From contig CP065004.1 in assembly GCA_016700135.1 (NCBI GenBank), positions 960,001 to 992,000 on the forward strand: a DNA stretch of 32,000 nucleotides, in the 5' to 3' direction. Each line of letters opens with the position of its first letter. Positions within the stretch are counted from its first letter, which is position 1. This DNA comes from Candidatus Saccharimonadota bacterium (GTDB lineage: Bacteria > Patescibacteriota > Microgenomatia > UBA1406 > GWC2-37-13). A program made the translations under genes and the position numbers. A model generated the notes under the pieces. That model had not been told where the DNA came from and ran no database searches. It saw only the letters and a program-made list of their open reading frames with translations. Shown piece by piece: positions 17,162-24,880 of the stretch.

Positions 17162-18895
17162 ATGAAACCTTCGATTAGAAACTTCGCAATCATAGCGCAC
17201 ATAGATCACGGCAAGTCTACACTTGCGGATCGTCTGATGGAAATGACGGGTACCGTTGAAAAAAACAGACATGAAGAACAAATGCTTGACCGCAATCCGA
17301 TTTCACGTGAACGCGGGATCACGATCAAACTAGCACCGGTCCGCATGAAGCACACAGTTGACGGTCAGGAAATCATTCTTAACCTTATTGATACTCCCGG
17401 TCATGTTGATTTTTCATATGAAGTTGACCGGACGTTAGCTTGTGTTGAGGGCGCTATTCTTCTTGTTGACGCCACGCAGGGAATTCAGGCACAGACGATT
17501 GCAAATACATACAAAGCACTTGATAAAAACCTGACTATCATCCCGGTCATCAATAAAATCGATATGCCCAGTGCTGAGGTTGAGAAAACGAAAATGCAGC
17601 TGATGGAGTTTCTGGGAGTTTCTGAGGATGAGATTATTTCGATATCAGCTAAAACGGGTGAAAATGTTGAAAAGATCCTCGAAACAATCATTACAAAAAT
17701 CCCCGAACCGCACTCATATGATGCGGAAGCCTCTCTTGAAGCTCTGATTTTTGATTCATATTTCGACACCCATAAGGGAGTCATTGCATTCGTAAGACTA
17801 TTTAACGGGACGGCAAAGGAACTGTCATCCATGAAGCTTGCAATCGGTGATGTCAGATTTGAATCTCCGGAAGTCGGGATGTTTACTCCTGAATTGAAAA
17901 GGACAAAAGAATTAGTCGCCGGCGAAATCGGATATATTGTCACAAATCTGAAAGACATTCACAATGTCAGGGTCGGAGACACGATCGTGCATCCTTCAAA
18001 TAACAAACCACTGCCAGGGTACCGGACGGTTCATCCCATGGTTTTTGCATCTCTCTTCCCTACTGATCCTGCTGATTATGAAAATCTCAAAAAAGCGCTT
18101 GATAAAATATACCTTACGGATTCGGCACTTGAATACAGTGCCATTTACAGTCAGGCTTTAGGAGCGGGTTTTAGAGTAGGATTCTTAGGTCTTTTGCATG
18201 CGGATGTGGTACGTGAACGGCTGGAGCGTGAATACAATCTCAGTCTGGTGCTCACACCTCCGCAGGTGGATTACCAGATCGAGCAGGAACAATACAAAGA
18301 ACCGATTGTCCATATTATGATCATTTCTCCTCAGGATTATGTCGGAAATGTCATGCAGCTTTGCGAAGATCATCGGGCGAAGTTCCTTACAATGGATAAT
18401 AAAAATCAGGTCACTCTCGAATACGAAATGCCTTTGTCTGAAATGATTTCCGGATTTTTCGACAGTCTTAAATCTGTGACTTCAGGCTATGCTTCTTTTG
18501 ATTGGGAGCTTCTCAGGTATGATTTTGTAGATGCGGACAAGTTATCACTTCTTCTAAACGGTGATGAAATTGAGGAGTTTTCTGAGATTGTTGTGAAGGA
18601 TCGTGCGATGGAACAGGCGCAGTTTCTGACAAAACGTCTAAAAGAACTTATCCCCCGCCAGCAATATGAAGTGAAAATCCAGGCGCAGTATAAAGGGCGT
18701 ATTATTGCATCAGAAAGACTTTCTGCATACCGCAAAGACGTACTGACAAAAAACAGTAAAACGGTCGGGGCCGGTGATGTCGGACGGAAAAAGAAGCTTC
18801 TCGAAAAGCAGAAAGAAGGAAAGAAGAAAATGAAGATGATAGGAAAAGTGGAAGTGCCGAAGGAGGCATTCATGAAACTCTTTAACGAAAAGTAG
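17162..18895 (+). CDS. lepA: translation elongation factor 4 (LepA)
   Basis: IRNFAIIAHIDHGKSTLADRL, LIDTPGHVDF, NKID and the LepA-specific C-terminal region (KLLEKQKEGKKKMK...VEVPKEAF). Confidence 0.95.
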   Translation: MKPSIRNFAIIAHIDHGKSTLADRLMEMTGTVEKNRHEEQMLDRNPISRERGITIKLAPVRMKHTVDGQEIILNLIDTPGHVDFSYEVDRTLACVEGAILLVDATQGIQAQTIANTYKALDKNLTIIPVINKIDMPSAEVEKTKMQLMEFLGVSEDEIISISAKTGENVEKILETIITKIPEPHSYDAEASLEALIFDSYFDTHKGVIAFVRLFNGTAKELSSMKLAIGDVRFESPEVGMFTPELKRTKELVAGEIGYIVTNLKDIHNVRVGDTIVHPSNNKPLPGYRTVHPMVFASLFPTDPADYENLKKALDKIYLTDSALEYSAIYSQALGAGFRVGFLGLLHADVVRERLEREYNLSLVLTPPQVDYQIEQEQYKEPIVHIMIISPQDYVGNVMQLCEDHRAKFLTMDNKNQVTLEYEMPLSEMISGFFDSLKSVTSGYASFDWELLRYDFVDADKLSLLLNGDEIEEFSEIVVKDRAMEQAQFLTKRLKELIPRQQYEVKIQAQYKGRIIASERLSAYRKDVLTKNSKTVGAGDVGRKKKLLEKQKEGKKKMKMIGKVEVPKEAFMKLFNEK

Positions 18896-18906
18896 AATAC
18901 TATTTC

Positions 18907-18940
18907 TTCACTTGTAACTGAAAATTTGTTCAGAAGTGAA
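18907..18940 (+). terminator. possible lepA terminator hairpin
   Basis: TTCACTT-GTAA-CTGAA-AATTTG-TTCAG-AAGTGAA gives 7+5 bp with a 4-nt bulge. CTCGCCTTTTATT follows, and the structure starts 12 nt after the lepA stop. Confidence 0.4.
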
Positions 18941-19136
18941 CTCGCCTTTTATTGTTAGCTCGAACATCCACTTCGTTCACAAACTTCGGTTACTGCGTTC
19001 AGAATTAGAGACTTTCACAGCATATCACTCGCTCGATACAGTATTTTTTTAATCATGTGGGCGTGCTCATTCCTGCACACTTCCCAAATTCGTTCAAGAC
19101 AGAGATCTACGCTCTGCAGGTTCAGACAAATACGTG

Positions 19137-21167
19137 TTACAAAGCCAATCCGAGGAGGATGAGTACAAACGGTATAAGTACTGCAATCGCTGGATTCATA
19201 CCCGGAGGCTGATCCTCGACTTCCAGTTTGGTCACCGGCGTAGCTGTGGGAGGAGGAGGTACGGGTGTAAATGTCGGTGTCGGCGGAATGGGTGTCGGGG
19301 TAGGAGGCACCGGAGTCGGTGTCGGTGTAAATGACGGTGTAGGTGTCGGTGAATGGGTCGGTGACGGGCTCGGAGTTTCAGAAGGAGAAGGTGACGGTGA
19401 AGGTGTTGGTGTATCTTCCGCCGGCTGTGTCGGTGTCGGAGTAGACTGCGGACAGGTTTGTGTTGCAGGATCGTATCCCGTACTGTTTTCAGAGATGGCA
19501 AAAGCATAACCGCCCGGCCACATTTCACCCGGAGGTACTGTGTTGGATGATTGCACGTTATGACATTCTATCGATTCTACCCCGTTGTTTTCAGTTCTGA
19601 CATCCATCTGGGCAGTCTTACAGGGGGTTTGTTCATACTCAAATGTCATGGATTGTCCGGGCTGCAGGACAATATTCCGCTTTGGCTGGCTGAAGTTTCC
19701 GTCCCATTCTCCCACAAAACAGCTTTCTGCACCGTCAGCGCAGGCGTTATCTCCTCCCTCACAGCGATAACTGCCGCGATACTGTTCTTTCCTTCCTGGT
19801 ACATACGTACATCTGAACAGATCAACTTCGATTTTATCGATAGGTTGTTCCGTACCGTTTTTAATCGTAATTCTATTTGAGTTGTAGGGATCAGGTCCCG
19901 AATCACACTCCAATACGCCGGAACGGTTATCATCATCATCGTCATCGCCTCCTCCGTCAGGAATCGTCATAGTCGGAGGTACGAGTACGATTGATTCATA
20001 GGGCTGGAATGCAATTTGTCTTTGGGCGTCAATAAGGGTAGTTGCACCGCGAATATTCGAATAGGTTTTATAACCTGCATAATTATGTTCAGGCAGCCGG
20101 ACAGTCGGAGTTTCGTCTGACACATTGAGAAGCATACCCATATATTCACCGTTCTTTTCAGTAAGGGTACCCATGATCGGCTTAAAGTTGTACTCAGATA
20201 CAAACGGATTATCCCACGGGTCCCCGTTTCCGCGGAATGCATCCGGCCACACAACTTGAGGACTGACAGCAAGCTGCTTTGCCACCAGTGACATTGTTGT
20301 TTTTTCAGCAACATTCATCGTATCAAAAACACCGCCGTTTACGAACTTTATCGGTGCCTTTTCAGGCTCAGTCTGTACATGGGTCACCATTGCAGAAACG
20401 AGTAATGAAAACCGCTTGATCTGATTCTGTACGATACTGCTCGGCATGGTGATCTCGGATAGTGAAAGCATTGAGTTCGGAGGGTATACTATTTTAGTAC
20501 TCGAATCCCCGCTTATCGATTTTGAAGCATCATACATGGTGTCGAACATTGTTTTGACATAACCCCAAATATTTTCATCACGATTCTCGAATTTGATGCT
20601 GATGGCATTGATAATCGGCGGCGGTGCCCTTTCAAGTAAATCTTTTACCTGTTCTCTTGGCCAGAAGGTAGCGACACCTGCATGAAATAGGATTTTATCG
20701 GGTTTTAATGCCTTTACTTCGTTTGTCTTCGCCACATCAAATGCATTGTAATCCATAAGCTCGACTACTATTTGATCCTGATATTTAGCGTAATAAGCCT
20801 GAACAACCGGAGTCATATTTTCGTAATTTGAGAATGAAAGATACCATTTGAAACCCGCAGTCTGTAAGCTGTCAAATTGGGTGCTTTGTATCATGGCAGC
20901 GGTCGGGTTCTTTATTTTGATGTAGACATTGCCGCCGGGGAAGTAATTTTTAAGCTCCTGAACGGTCGTGTCATTGGTAATATCATTTACCATAACCCCG
21001 AATTTTTGATCTATCGGTCCGCGCTTATCATAAAATTTGAGAGAGATAGTATCGCCTGCCGCTCTTGAGCTTGTCAGCACACGGTACTGCTGTATTGCAA
21101 GTGAAAAGAAGATAACTCCAAGGATAAAAAATGCAATTGAAAACAGTAAATACGCTCGGCGGTGCAT
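19137..21167 (-). CDS. secreted/cell-surface protein A: leader, ~360-aa globular domain, poly-Asp hinge, Cys-containing domain, Pro/Thr/Ser linker, PGMNP motif, C-terminal hydrophobic tail
   Basis: The N-terminus [36 protein letters not shown] has n- and h-regions and an S-R-A site. Also present are DDDDDD at aa 408-413, six or more Cys in aa 420-572, a PT-rich linker at aa ~575-645, and the tail PPGMNPAIAVLIPFVLILLGLAL-stop. TGCTAGACT lies 6 nt upstream of the ATG. Confidence 0.8.
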   Translation of the reverse strand: MHRRAYLLFSIAFFILGVIFFSLAIQQYRVLTSSRAAGDTISLKFYDKRGPIDQKFGVMVNDITNDTTVQELKNYFPGGNVYIKIKNPTAAMIQSTQFDSLQTAGFKWYLSFSNYENMTPVVQAYYAKYQDQIVVELMDYNAFDVAKTNEVKALKPDKILFHAGVATFWPREQVKDLLERAPPPIINAISIKFENRDENIWGYVKTMFDTMYDASKSISGDSSTKIVYPPNSMLSLSEITMPSSIVQNQIKRFSLLVSAMVTHVQTEPEKAPIKFVNGGVFDTMNVAEKTTMSLVAKQLAVSPQVVWPDAFRGNGDPWDNPFVSEYNFKPIMGTLTEKNGEYMGMLLNVSDETPTVRLPEHNYAGYKTYSNIRGATTLIDAQRQIAFQPYESIVLVPPTMTIPDGGGDDDDDDNRSGVLECDSGPDPYNSNRITIKNGTEQPIDKIEVDLFRCTYVPGRKEQYRGSYRCEGGDNACADGAESCFVGEWDGNFSQPKRNIVLQPGQSMTFEYEQTPCKTAQMDVRTENNGVESIECHNVQSSNTVPPGEMWPGGYAFAISENSTGYDPATQTCPQSTPTPTQPAEDTPTPSPSPSPSETPSPSPTHSPTPTPSFTPTPTPVPPTPTPIPPTPTFTPVPPPPTATPVTKLEVEDQPPGMNPAIAVLIPFVLILLGLAL
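19233..19445 (-). repeat. low-complexity Pro/Thr/Ser linker-coding region of protein A
   Basis: It encodes [69 protein letters not shown]. The plus strand is a run of ggtg/ggag/gtcgg-type units and yields Gly/Val-rich shadow ORFs. Confidence 0.85.
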
Positions 21168-21173
21168 ACCATA

Positions 21174-21182
21174 AGTCTAGCA
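21174..21182 (-). promoter_or_regulatory. extended -10 (TGCTAGACT) 6 nt upstream of the surface protein A ATG
   Basis: The minus strand reads TGCTAGACT-TATGGT-ATG. This implies an internal promoter between proteins B and A. Confidence 0.45.
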
Positions 21183-21209
21183 TAGACAGAAAGTAAATGT
21201 AATGAATGA

Positions 21210-22229
21210 TTACATTGCAAGACCAAGCAGTACGAGAGCAAACGGAATCAGGATAGCGAGAATCGGATTGAATCCCGGAGCCTGTTCGTTCACGGTCAGA
21301 TTCTGAACAGGTGTGGCAGTCGGTGCTTCAGCAATTACGACCGGCGTTGGTGCATCCTGTACTATGACTGTCGGGACAGGTGTGTTGCTCGGGACTGGAG
21401 TATCAGTGGGTACCGGTGTATCTGTCGGAACAGGAGTTTCAGACGGAGTAGGTGTCGGCGTTTCTGATGGTGTTGGAGTCGGAGTGTTTGACGGCGTCGG
21501 TGTAGGAGTCTCAGACGGTGTCGGCGTCGGTGAATGTGAAGGAGTGGGAGTAGGTGTCGGGGTCGGTTCATTTGGAGGTGTAGTCGGTGTTGGCTCATTA
21601 GGAGGAGTGGTAGGTGTCGGTTCGTTCGGCGGAGTCGTCGGGGTCGGTTCATTTGGAGGTGTAGTCGGCGTAGGCTGGTCACAGTTGTCGCCGAAACCTT
21701 CGGTACGTCCGGCATGGCTTACTCCCGGTGCATTAATCTGAACATCTACCTGCACCCTACCGCAGCTATTCCAGTTGGGGATGGTAAAATTCCATTCAAA
21801 TGAATTGTTAGTCGCATTCGGGTTTGTATCACTGAGAGAAAGAGACCCTACTGTTGAAGTGTTATGCACATTATCTTTCAGATCATTATCGCTTTCGGTA
21901 CATGATCCGCCGCTGCTTCCTGAACACCAGAACCAGGAAGTGTCATTAATATGATATACTCCTGAAGGACAATTTCCCGGTTCGCAAAGGAGCTGACAGC
22001 CGAATGTAGCTTTTGCGTTTCCGCTCCCGTCAACGTTAATATCTATGACGCTACAGCTGCCGCAGGGTTTATTGGAACCGTCCGCATTACATTGATTGAA
22101 TGTTCCTCCTTCGGCCCGTGAGCTGGTTAATAATTGATATTGAGTAATTGCGAGTGAAAAGAATATCACACCGATCCCGAACAATATCGAGGAGATAATG
22201 ATGTAAATAGTATTCTTTTGCAGTTTCAT
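21210..22229 (-). CDS. secreted/cell-surface protein B (shorter paralog-type): leader, Cys-rich domain, long repetitive Pro/Thr linker, PGFNP motif, C-terminal hydrophobic tail
   Basis: The N-terminus ...[25 protein letters not shown] aligns with protein A. It has 12 Cys in aa 47-183, PTPTTPPNE x4 plus TPTPTPSE and TPVPTD repeats, and the tail [23 protein letters not shown]-stop. Confidence 0.8.
   Translation of the reverse strand: MKLQKNTIYIIISSILFGIGVIFFSLAITQYQLLTSSRAEGGTFNQCNADGSNKPCGSCSVIDINVDGSGNAKATFGCQLLCEPGNCPSGVYHINDTSWFWCSGSSGGSCTESDNDLKDNVHNTSTVGSLSLSDTNPNATNNSFEWNFTIPNWNSCGRVQVDVQINAPGVSHAGRTEGFGDNCDQPTPTTPPNEPTPTTPPNEPTPTTPPNEPTPTTPPNEPTPTPTPTPSHSPTPTPSETPTPTPSNTPTPTPSETPTPTPSETPVPTDTPVPTDTPVPSNTPVPTVIVQDAPTPVVIAEAPTATPVQNLTVNEQAPGFNPILAILIPFALVLLGLAM
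21567..21674 (-). repeat. 4 x 27-bp in-frame tandem repeat encoding PTPTTPPNE
   Basis: Plus-strand units are ggttcatttggaggtgtagtcggtgtt / ggctcattaggaggagtggtaggtgtc / ggttcgttcggcggagtcgtcggggtc / ggttcatttggaggtgtagtcggcgta (phase offset 2 nt from these coordinates). The peptide is identical in all four units, while the DNA of units 2 and 3 differs at synonymous sites. Confidence 0.9.
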
Positions 22230-22246
22230 ATGGCAAGTTGCGTGAG

Positions 22247-22570
22247 TTAGGGTGACATAAAGAACTGTACATAGAGCCAGAAACTTAAGCCACTCAGACA
22301 GAATACAACGGAAACGATCGTAATCAAAATGTATTTATCAACTTTGAGAAAGGATAGCGACGGTTTGTAAACGATTGTTGCGACATGGGGATTGTTTGGA
22401 TCAGTTTTTTGCTTGTTTTCCTGTTTCTTGTCTTCTTTTACAGGTGCTTTTTCTTCTTTCTTTGCCTTTTTTTCTGTTTCCTTTTCCAGTTTCTTAACAT
22501 CGAGCGGAGTACTGTGCTCTTTTTCGGGATTATCCTCAACTTTTTTTACAAAGGGAAGCGTGAATGCCAT
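22247..22570 (-). CDS. small Lys/Glu-rich protein with a single C-terminal TM helix
   Basis: The 107-aa ORF has a charged N-terminal region ([30 protein letters not shown]) followed by [25 protein letters not shown]. It lies 17 nt upstream of protein B on the same strand. The low-complexity composition lowers confidence that it is expressed. Confidence 0.5.
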   Translation of the reverse strand: MAFTLPFVKKVEDNPEKEHSTPLDVKKLEKETEKKAKKEEKAPVKEDKKQENKQKTDPNNPHVATIVYKPSLSFLKVDKYILITIVSVVFCLSGLSFWLYVQFFMSP

Positions 22571-22598
22571 ATTTTTTTATTATTTCATCTTTTGCTAA

Positions 22599-22624
22599 GA
22601 AAAGCAATATAGAGATTGCTTTTC
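22599..22624 (-). terminator. hairpin overlapping the miaA stop codon (possible attenuator/terminator)
   Basis: GAAAAGCAAT-(6 nt)-ATTGCTTTTC forms a perfect 10-bp stem. On the minus strand the 3' arm ends in TTTTC followed by TT. Confidence 0.4.
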
Positions 22625-23538
22625 TATACCTTCTCCCACCTGATGTGTTGATCTTTTTTCATCAATGTCAGCTGTCGTTTGGCGTATTGCATTTCCTTCG
22701 AGATCCATCGTTCCTTCATTGTCTCCTTGTCTGTACTTCCTTCCAAATATTCGATAACTTGTGCGTACCCGATGGTTCTCATTCCGGGATCCTGCGCCTG
22801 AAATCCACTATCAAGCAGTGTTTTTACTTCATCAATGGCTCCTTGCTGCAGTCTCTTCTCTACTCTTTCCGTAATCCGTACTCTGAGATCTTCTTTATTT
22901 TCGTATATAAAACCGACTAAGGAAAAGTCATTTTCATTCCAAGGTTCATTTGGATTTCCTGCCGATCCGCCTTTCATATGTGTCTCAATCTCAATTTTTC
23001 TGATGAGTCGTTGAGGATTATGTTTTTCGCTGTTATTGAGAGACAAAAACAGATCCGGGTTTTTTTCCCTGAGAATTTTTTGCAGTTCATGAACCGTTTT
23101 TTCGTTAAGTTCAGAACGCAGCGTCTGATCAGGTTCTACCTGGAAATCGGAAGTCCCGTAAAGAAGCTGCTGAATATAGAAAAAAGTACCGCCGACAATA
23201 ATTGGCGTTTTACCCCGCTTTTGGATATCTTCAATGACCTGGGTTGCAAGTCCGACAAATTCAAAAGCAGAAAACGGTTTGTTCGGAGGAAGAATATCAT
23301 ACAGCCAGATCCGTGAACCGGCTTTTAATCCATAGTATCCGATATCCAAACCGTTGTACTGTTTATGCATGATAAATGTCCCGTCGGTCAGATCCAGATC
23401 TTTCCCAGTGATAATGTCAAGTCTCTTGTATATCTGCCTTGAGTCGGCATTGATGAGTTCACCGTCAAGCTTGCGCGCGAGCTCCAGTGCGTAGGCAGTT
23501 TTACCGGTCGCAGTTTGTCCCGTGATAATATGGATCAT
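22624..23538 (-). CDS. miaA: tRNA dimethylallyltransferase
   Basis: It has the P-loop-like IITGQTATGKTAYALELA, DSRQIYKRLDIITGK and GGTFFYIQQLL. The start forms an ATGA overlap with the folD stop (23535-23538). Confidence 0.9.
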   Translation of the reverse strand: MIHIITGQTATGKTAYALELARKLDGELINADSRQIYKRLDIITGKDLDLTDGTFIMHKQYNGLDIGYYGLKAGSRIWLYDILPPNKPFSAFEFVGLATQVIEDIQKRGKTPIIVGGTFFYIQQLLYGTSDFQVEPDQTLRSELNEKTVHELQKILREKNPDLFLSLNNSEKHNPQRLIRKIEIETHMKGGSAGNPNEPWNENDFSLVGFIYENKEDLRVRITERVEKRLQQGAIDEVKTLLDSGFQAQDPGMRTIGYAQVIEYLEGSTDKETMKERWISKEMQYAKRQLTLMKKDQHIRWEKV

Positions 23539-24407
23539 ACCTTGGCTGCTTCAATGACGTTCTTAAAAAGATACAGTACATCAAGCGGACCGAGTCCGCC
23601 GGGGGTCTGGGTATAATAAGATGCGATATTCCGTATTTCCTCTTCATCATAGTCCCCTTTCAGTTTACCGTTTTCTTTTCTGAGACCGACGTTCAGAAGG
23701 ATGACTCCCTCACGGAGATCAGAGGGTGTGATAATCTTTCTTCCCGTAGCGGTGATGATGATATCTGCGGATTTATATGCTTCCTGCGGATCGGGGGTTT
23801 GAGAGTGTGCGACGGTAAATGAAACGCCGATATCTTCCAGTGCTTTTGCAATCGGTGCTCCTCCCGTGATTCCCCGTCCGGCAATGACAATATTCTTATT
23901 CTGCAAAAATTGATAAAAGGAGTCTTTATCCTCGGAAAAATTGACCATAACCTCATGCGGATTATTCTCCCCTGCCTCTCTTGCGATAATATATTTCAGA
24001 CCGCTCAAAACTGCTATGCTGAGAGGAAAGTGAAAAGTCGATTCGGGGTGATGACCTTCGATTTCTTTTTTGGGAGGGATAAGCTGATAGATCTCTTTCG
24101 TGTTATAGCTTTCAGGAAACGGATGCTGAATGATGATTCCCGTCGTTTTCGGATCCCGTGCTTTTTCTGAAACGATGCGTTTGAAATCTTCAGCTGACGG
24201 TTCTTCGGCAAGGTGAACAAGTTCAAACTCCACTCCGATCTTTTCGCCGGTGCGTTTTTTAATATTAACAAATGAAAGTTGTTCGGGCTCAGAACCGACA
24301 AGAATCGTGACCAGTTTGGGAGATATGCCGGAATTTTTTAACGACTGCACTCTTTGAATAAGTTCTTCCTGAAGATGTTGTGCAATTTCGCCACAGGGTA
24401 TATTCAT
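23535..24407 (-). CDS. folD: bifunctional methylenetetrahydrofolate dehydrogenase/cyclohydrolase
   Basis: KLVTILVGSEPEQLSFVNIKKR, VIAGRGITGGAPIAKAL, ADIIITATG and TPGGLGPLDV. The ATG at 24407 (MNIPCGEIA...) lies 6 nt after a TATAAT. The tracked start at 24500 would run through the GC hairpin and into the upstream gene. Confidence 0.9.
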   Translation of the reverse strand: MNIPCGEIAQHLQEELIQRVQSLKNSGISPKLVTILVGSEPEQLSFVNIKKRTGEKIGVEFELVHLAEEPSAEDFKRIVSEKARDPKTTGIIIQHPFPESYNTKEIYQLIPPKKEIEGHHPESTFHFPLSIAVLSGLKYIIAREAGENNPHEVMVNFSEDKDSFYQFLQNKNIVIAGRGITGGAPIAKALEDIGVSFTVAHSQTPDPQEAYKSADIIITATGRKIITPSDLREGVILLNVGLRKENGKLKGDYDEEEIRNIASYYTQTPGGLGPLDVLYLFKNVIEAAKV

Positions 24408-24413
24408 TTGCTT

Positions 24414-24421
24414 ATTATACA
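24414..24421 (-). promoter_or_regulatory. -10 box (TGTATAAT) 6 nt upstream of the folD ATG
   Basis: The minus strand reads CTGTATAAT-AAGCAA-ATG, located just downstream of the GC hairpin. Confidence 0.45.
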
Positions 24422-24438
24422 GAAACTTTTGGGGTGTC

Positions 24439-24464
24439 GGGCGGGCGCAGAAATGCGCCCGCCC
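24439..24464 (-). terminator. perfect GC-rich hairpin between the acidic orphan and folD (terminator-like, no U-tract)
   Basis: GGGCGGGCGCA-GAAA-TGCGCCCGCCC has an 11-bp stem (10 of 11 pairs are G:C) with a GNRA-type loop. It lies 17 nt after the stop at 24482. No T-run follows on either strand, so an intrinsic-terminator function is uncertain. Confidence 0.45.
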
Positions 24465-24481
24465 TATCACCGTGTACTTGA

Positions 24482-24880
24482 CTAAAGATGTTCGCGCCAA
24501 TCGTAGCCCAGGAGCTCTATGGCTCGTTCAGTCGTTATGGGCGACCTCTCGCTGAAGACTGACTCGAATTCATCCGACCAGCCTCCCATGTACTCCACGT
24601 ATGCCCAAATTTCATTCAGGGCTTCATACACTGATGGTTGTGCTGACGCGCGGAGCAGTTTCACGAGAATTTCAGACGGAATGCTCATCCATGAGACCCA
24701 TCTCTCTTCTTCATTCTCACTATTACCTTCGGAGAGAACAATATACAGTTGGTTGTCCCCTGCAAGGCGAGTTGCAGCACATTCATTTTCGGATTTCACA
24801 ATGAGTACATCATCGTCTTTCACTGCACTTGCGAAGTGCACAAAGCTTGTGTCTGCGTTGTTGAGTTTGTGGATACTCAT
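24482..24880 (-). CDS. hypothetical small acidic protein (132 aa from the ATG at 24880)
   Basis: The ATG at 24880 is preceded by AAGAAAGAGGAGAGC (a GGAG Shine-Dalgarno). The translation is protein-like, with 24 Asp+Glu against 10 Lys+Arg by my count. The opposite-strand ORF (24519..24977) is Ser-rich and looks like a shadow frame. I recognise no family. Confidence 0.5.
   Translation of the reverse strand: MSIHKLNNADTSFVHFASAVKDDDVLIVKSENECAATRLAGDNQLYIVLSEGNSENEEERWVSWMSIPSEILVKLLRASAQPSVYEALNEIWAYVEYMGGWSDEFESVFSERSPITTERAIELLGYDWREHL

Noticed and set aside
18896-19136. tRNA or other small structured RNA genes in the larger intergenic gaps (also 24881-25017 and 30473-30724)
   Set aside because: I could not build an acceptor stem and T-arm (GTTCRANYC-type) arrangement on either strand by eye. 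This should still be confirmed with tRNAscan-SE or Infernal.
19228-19509. Plus-strand ORF encoding a Gly/Val-rich peptide (GVGVGG...), together with the similar ORF at 21313..21741
   Set aside because: These are antisense shadow frames of the Pro/Thr-rich linker codons in the minus-strand surface proteins. Their low-complexity translation has no start context, and the minus-strand genes have coherent leaders, domains and tails.
21380-21700. Possible CRISPR array or non-coding tandem repeat, because of regularly spaced short repeats
   Set aside because: The repeats are contiguous with no spacers, and they are in frame inside a long ORF where they encode PT-rich peptide repeats. No cas genes are nearby.
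19137-22229. Archaeal origin of the contig, because the PGF + TM tail after a Thr-rich linker looks like the archaeal PGF-CTERM
   Set aside because: All informative neighbours are bacterial-type: L7/L12 with an Ala-rich hinge, L10, LepA, MiaA, GyrA/B, and AGGAGG SD sites. The resemblance is therefore treated as an analogous or related signal in a bacterium.
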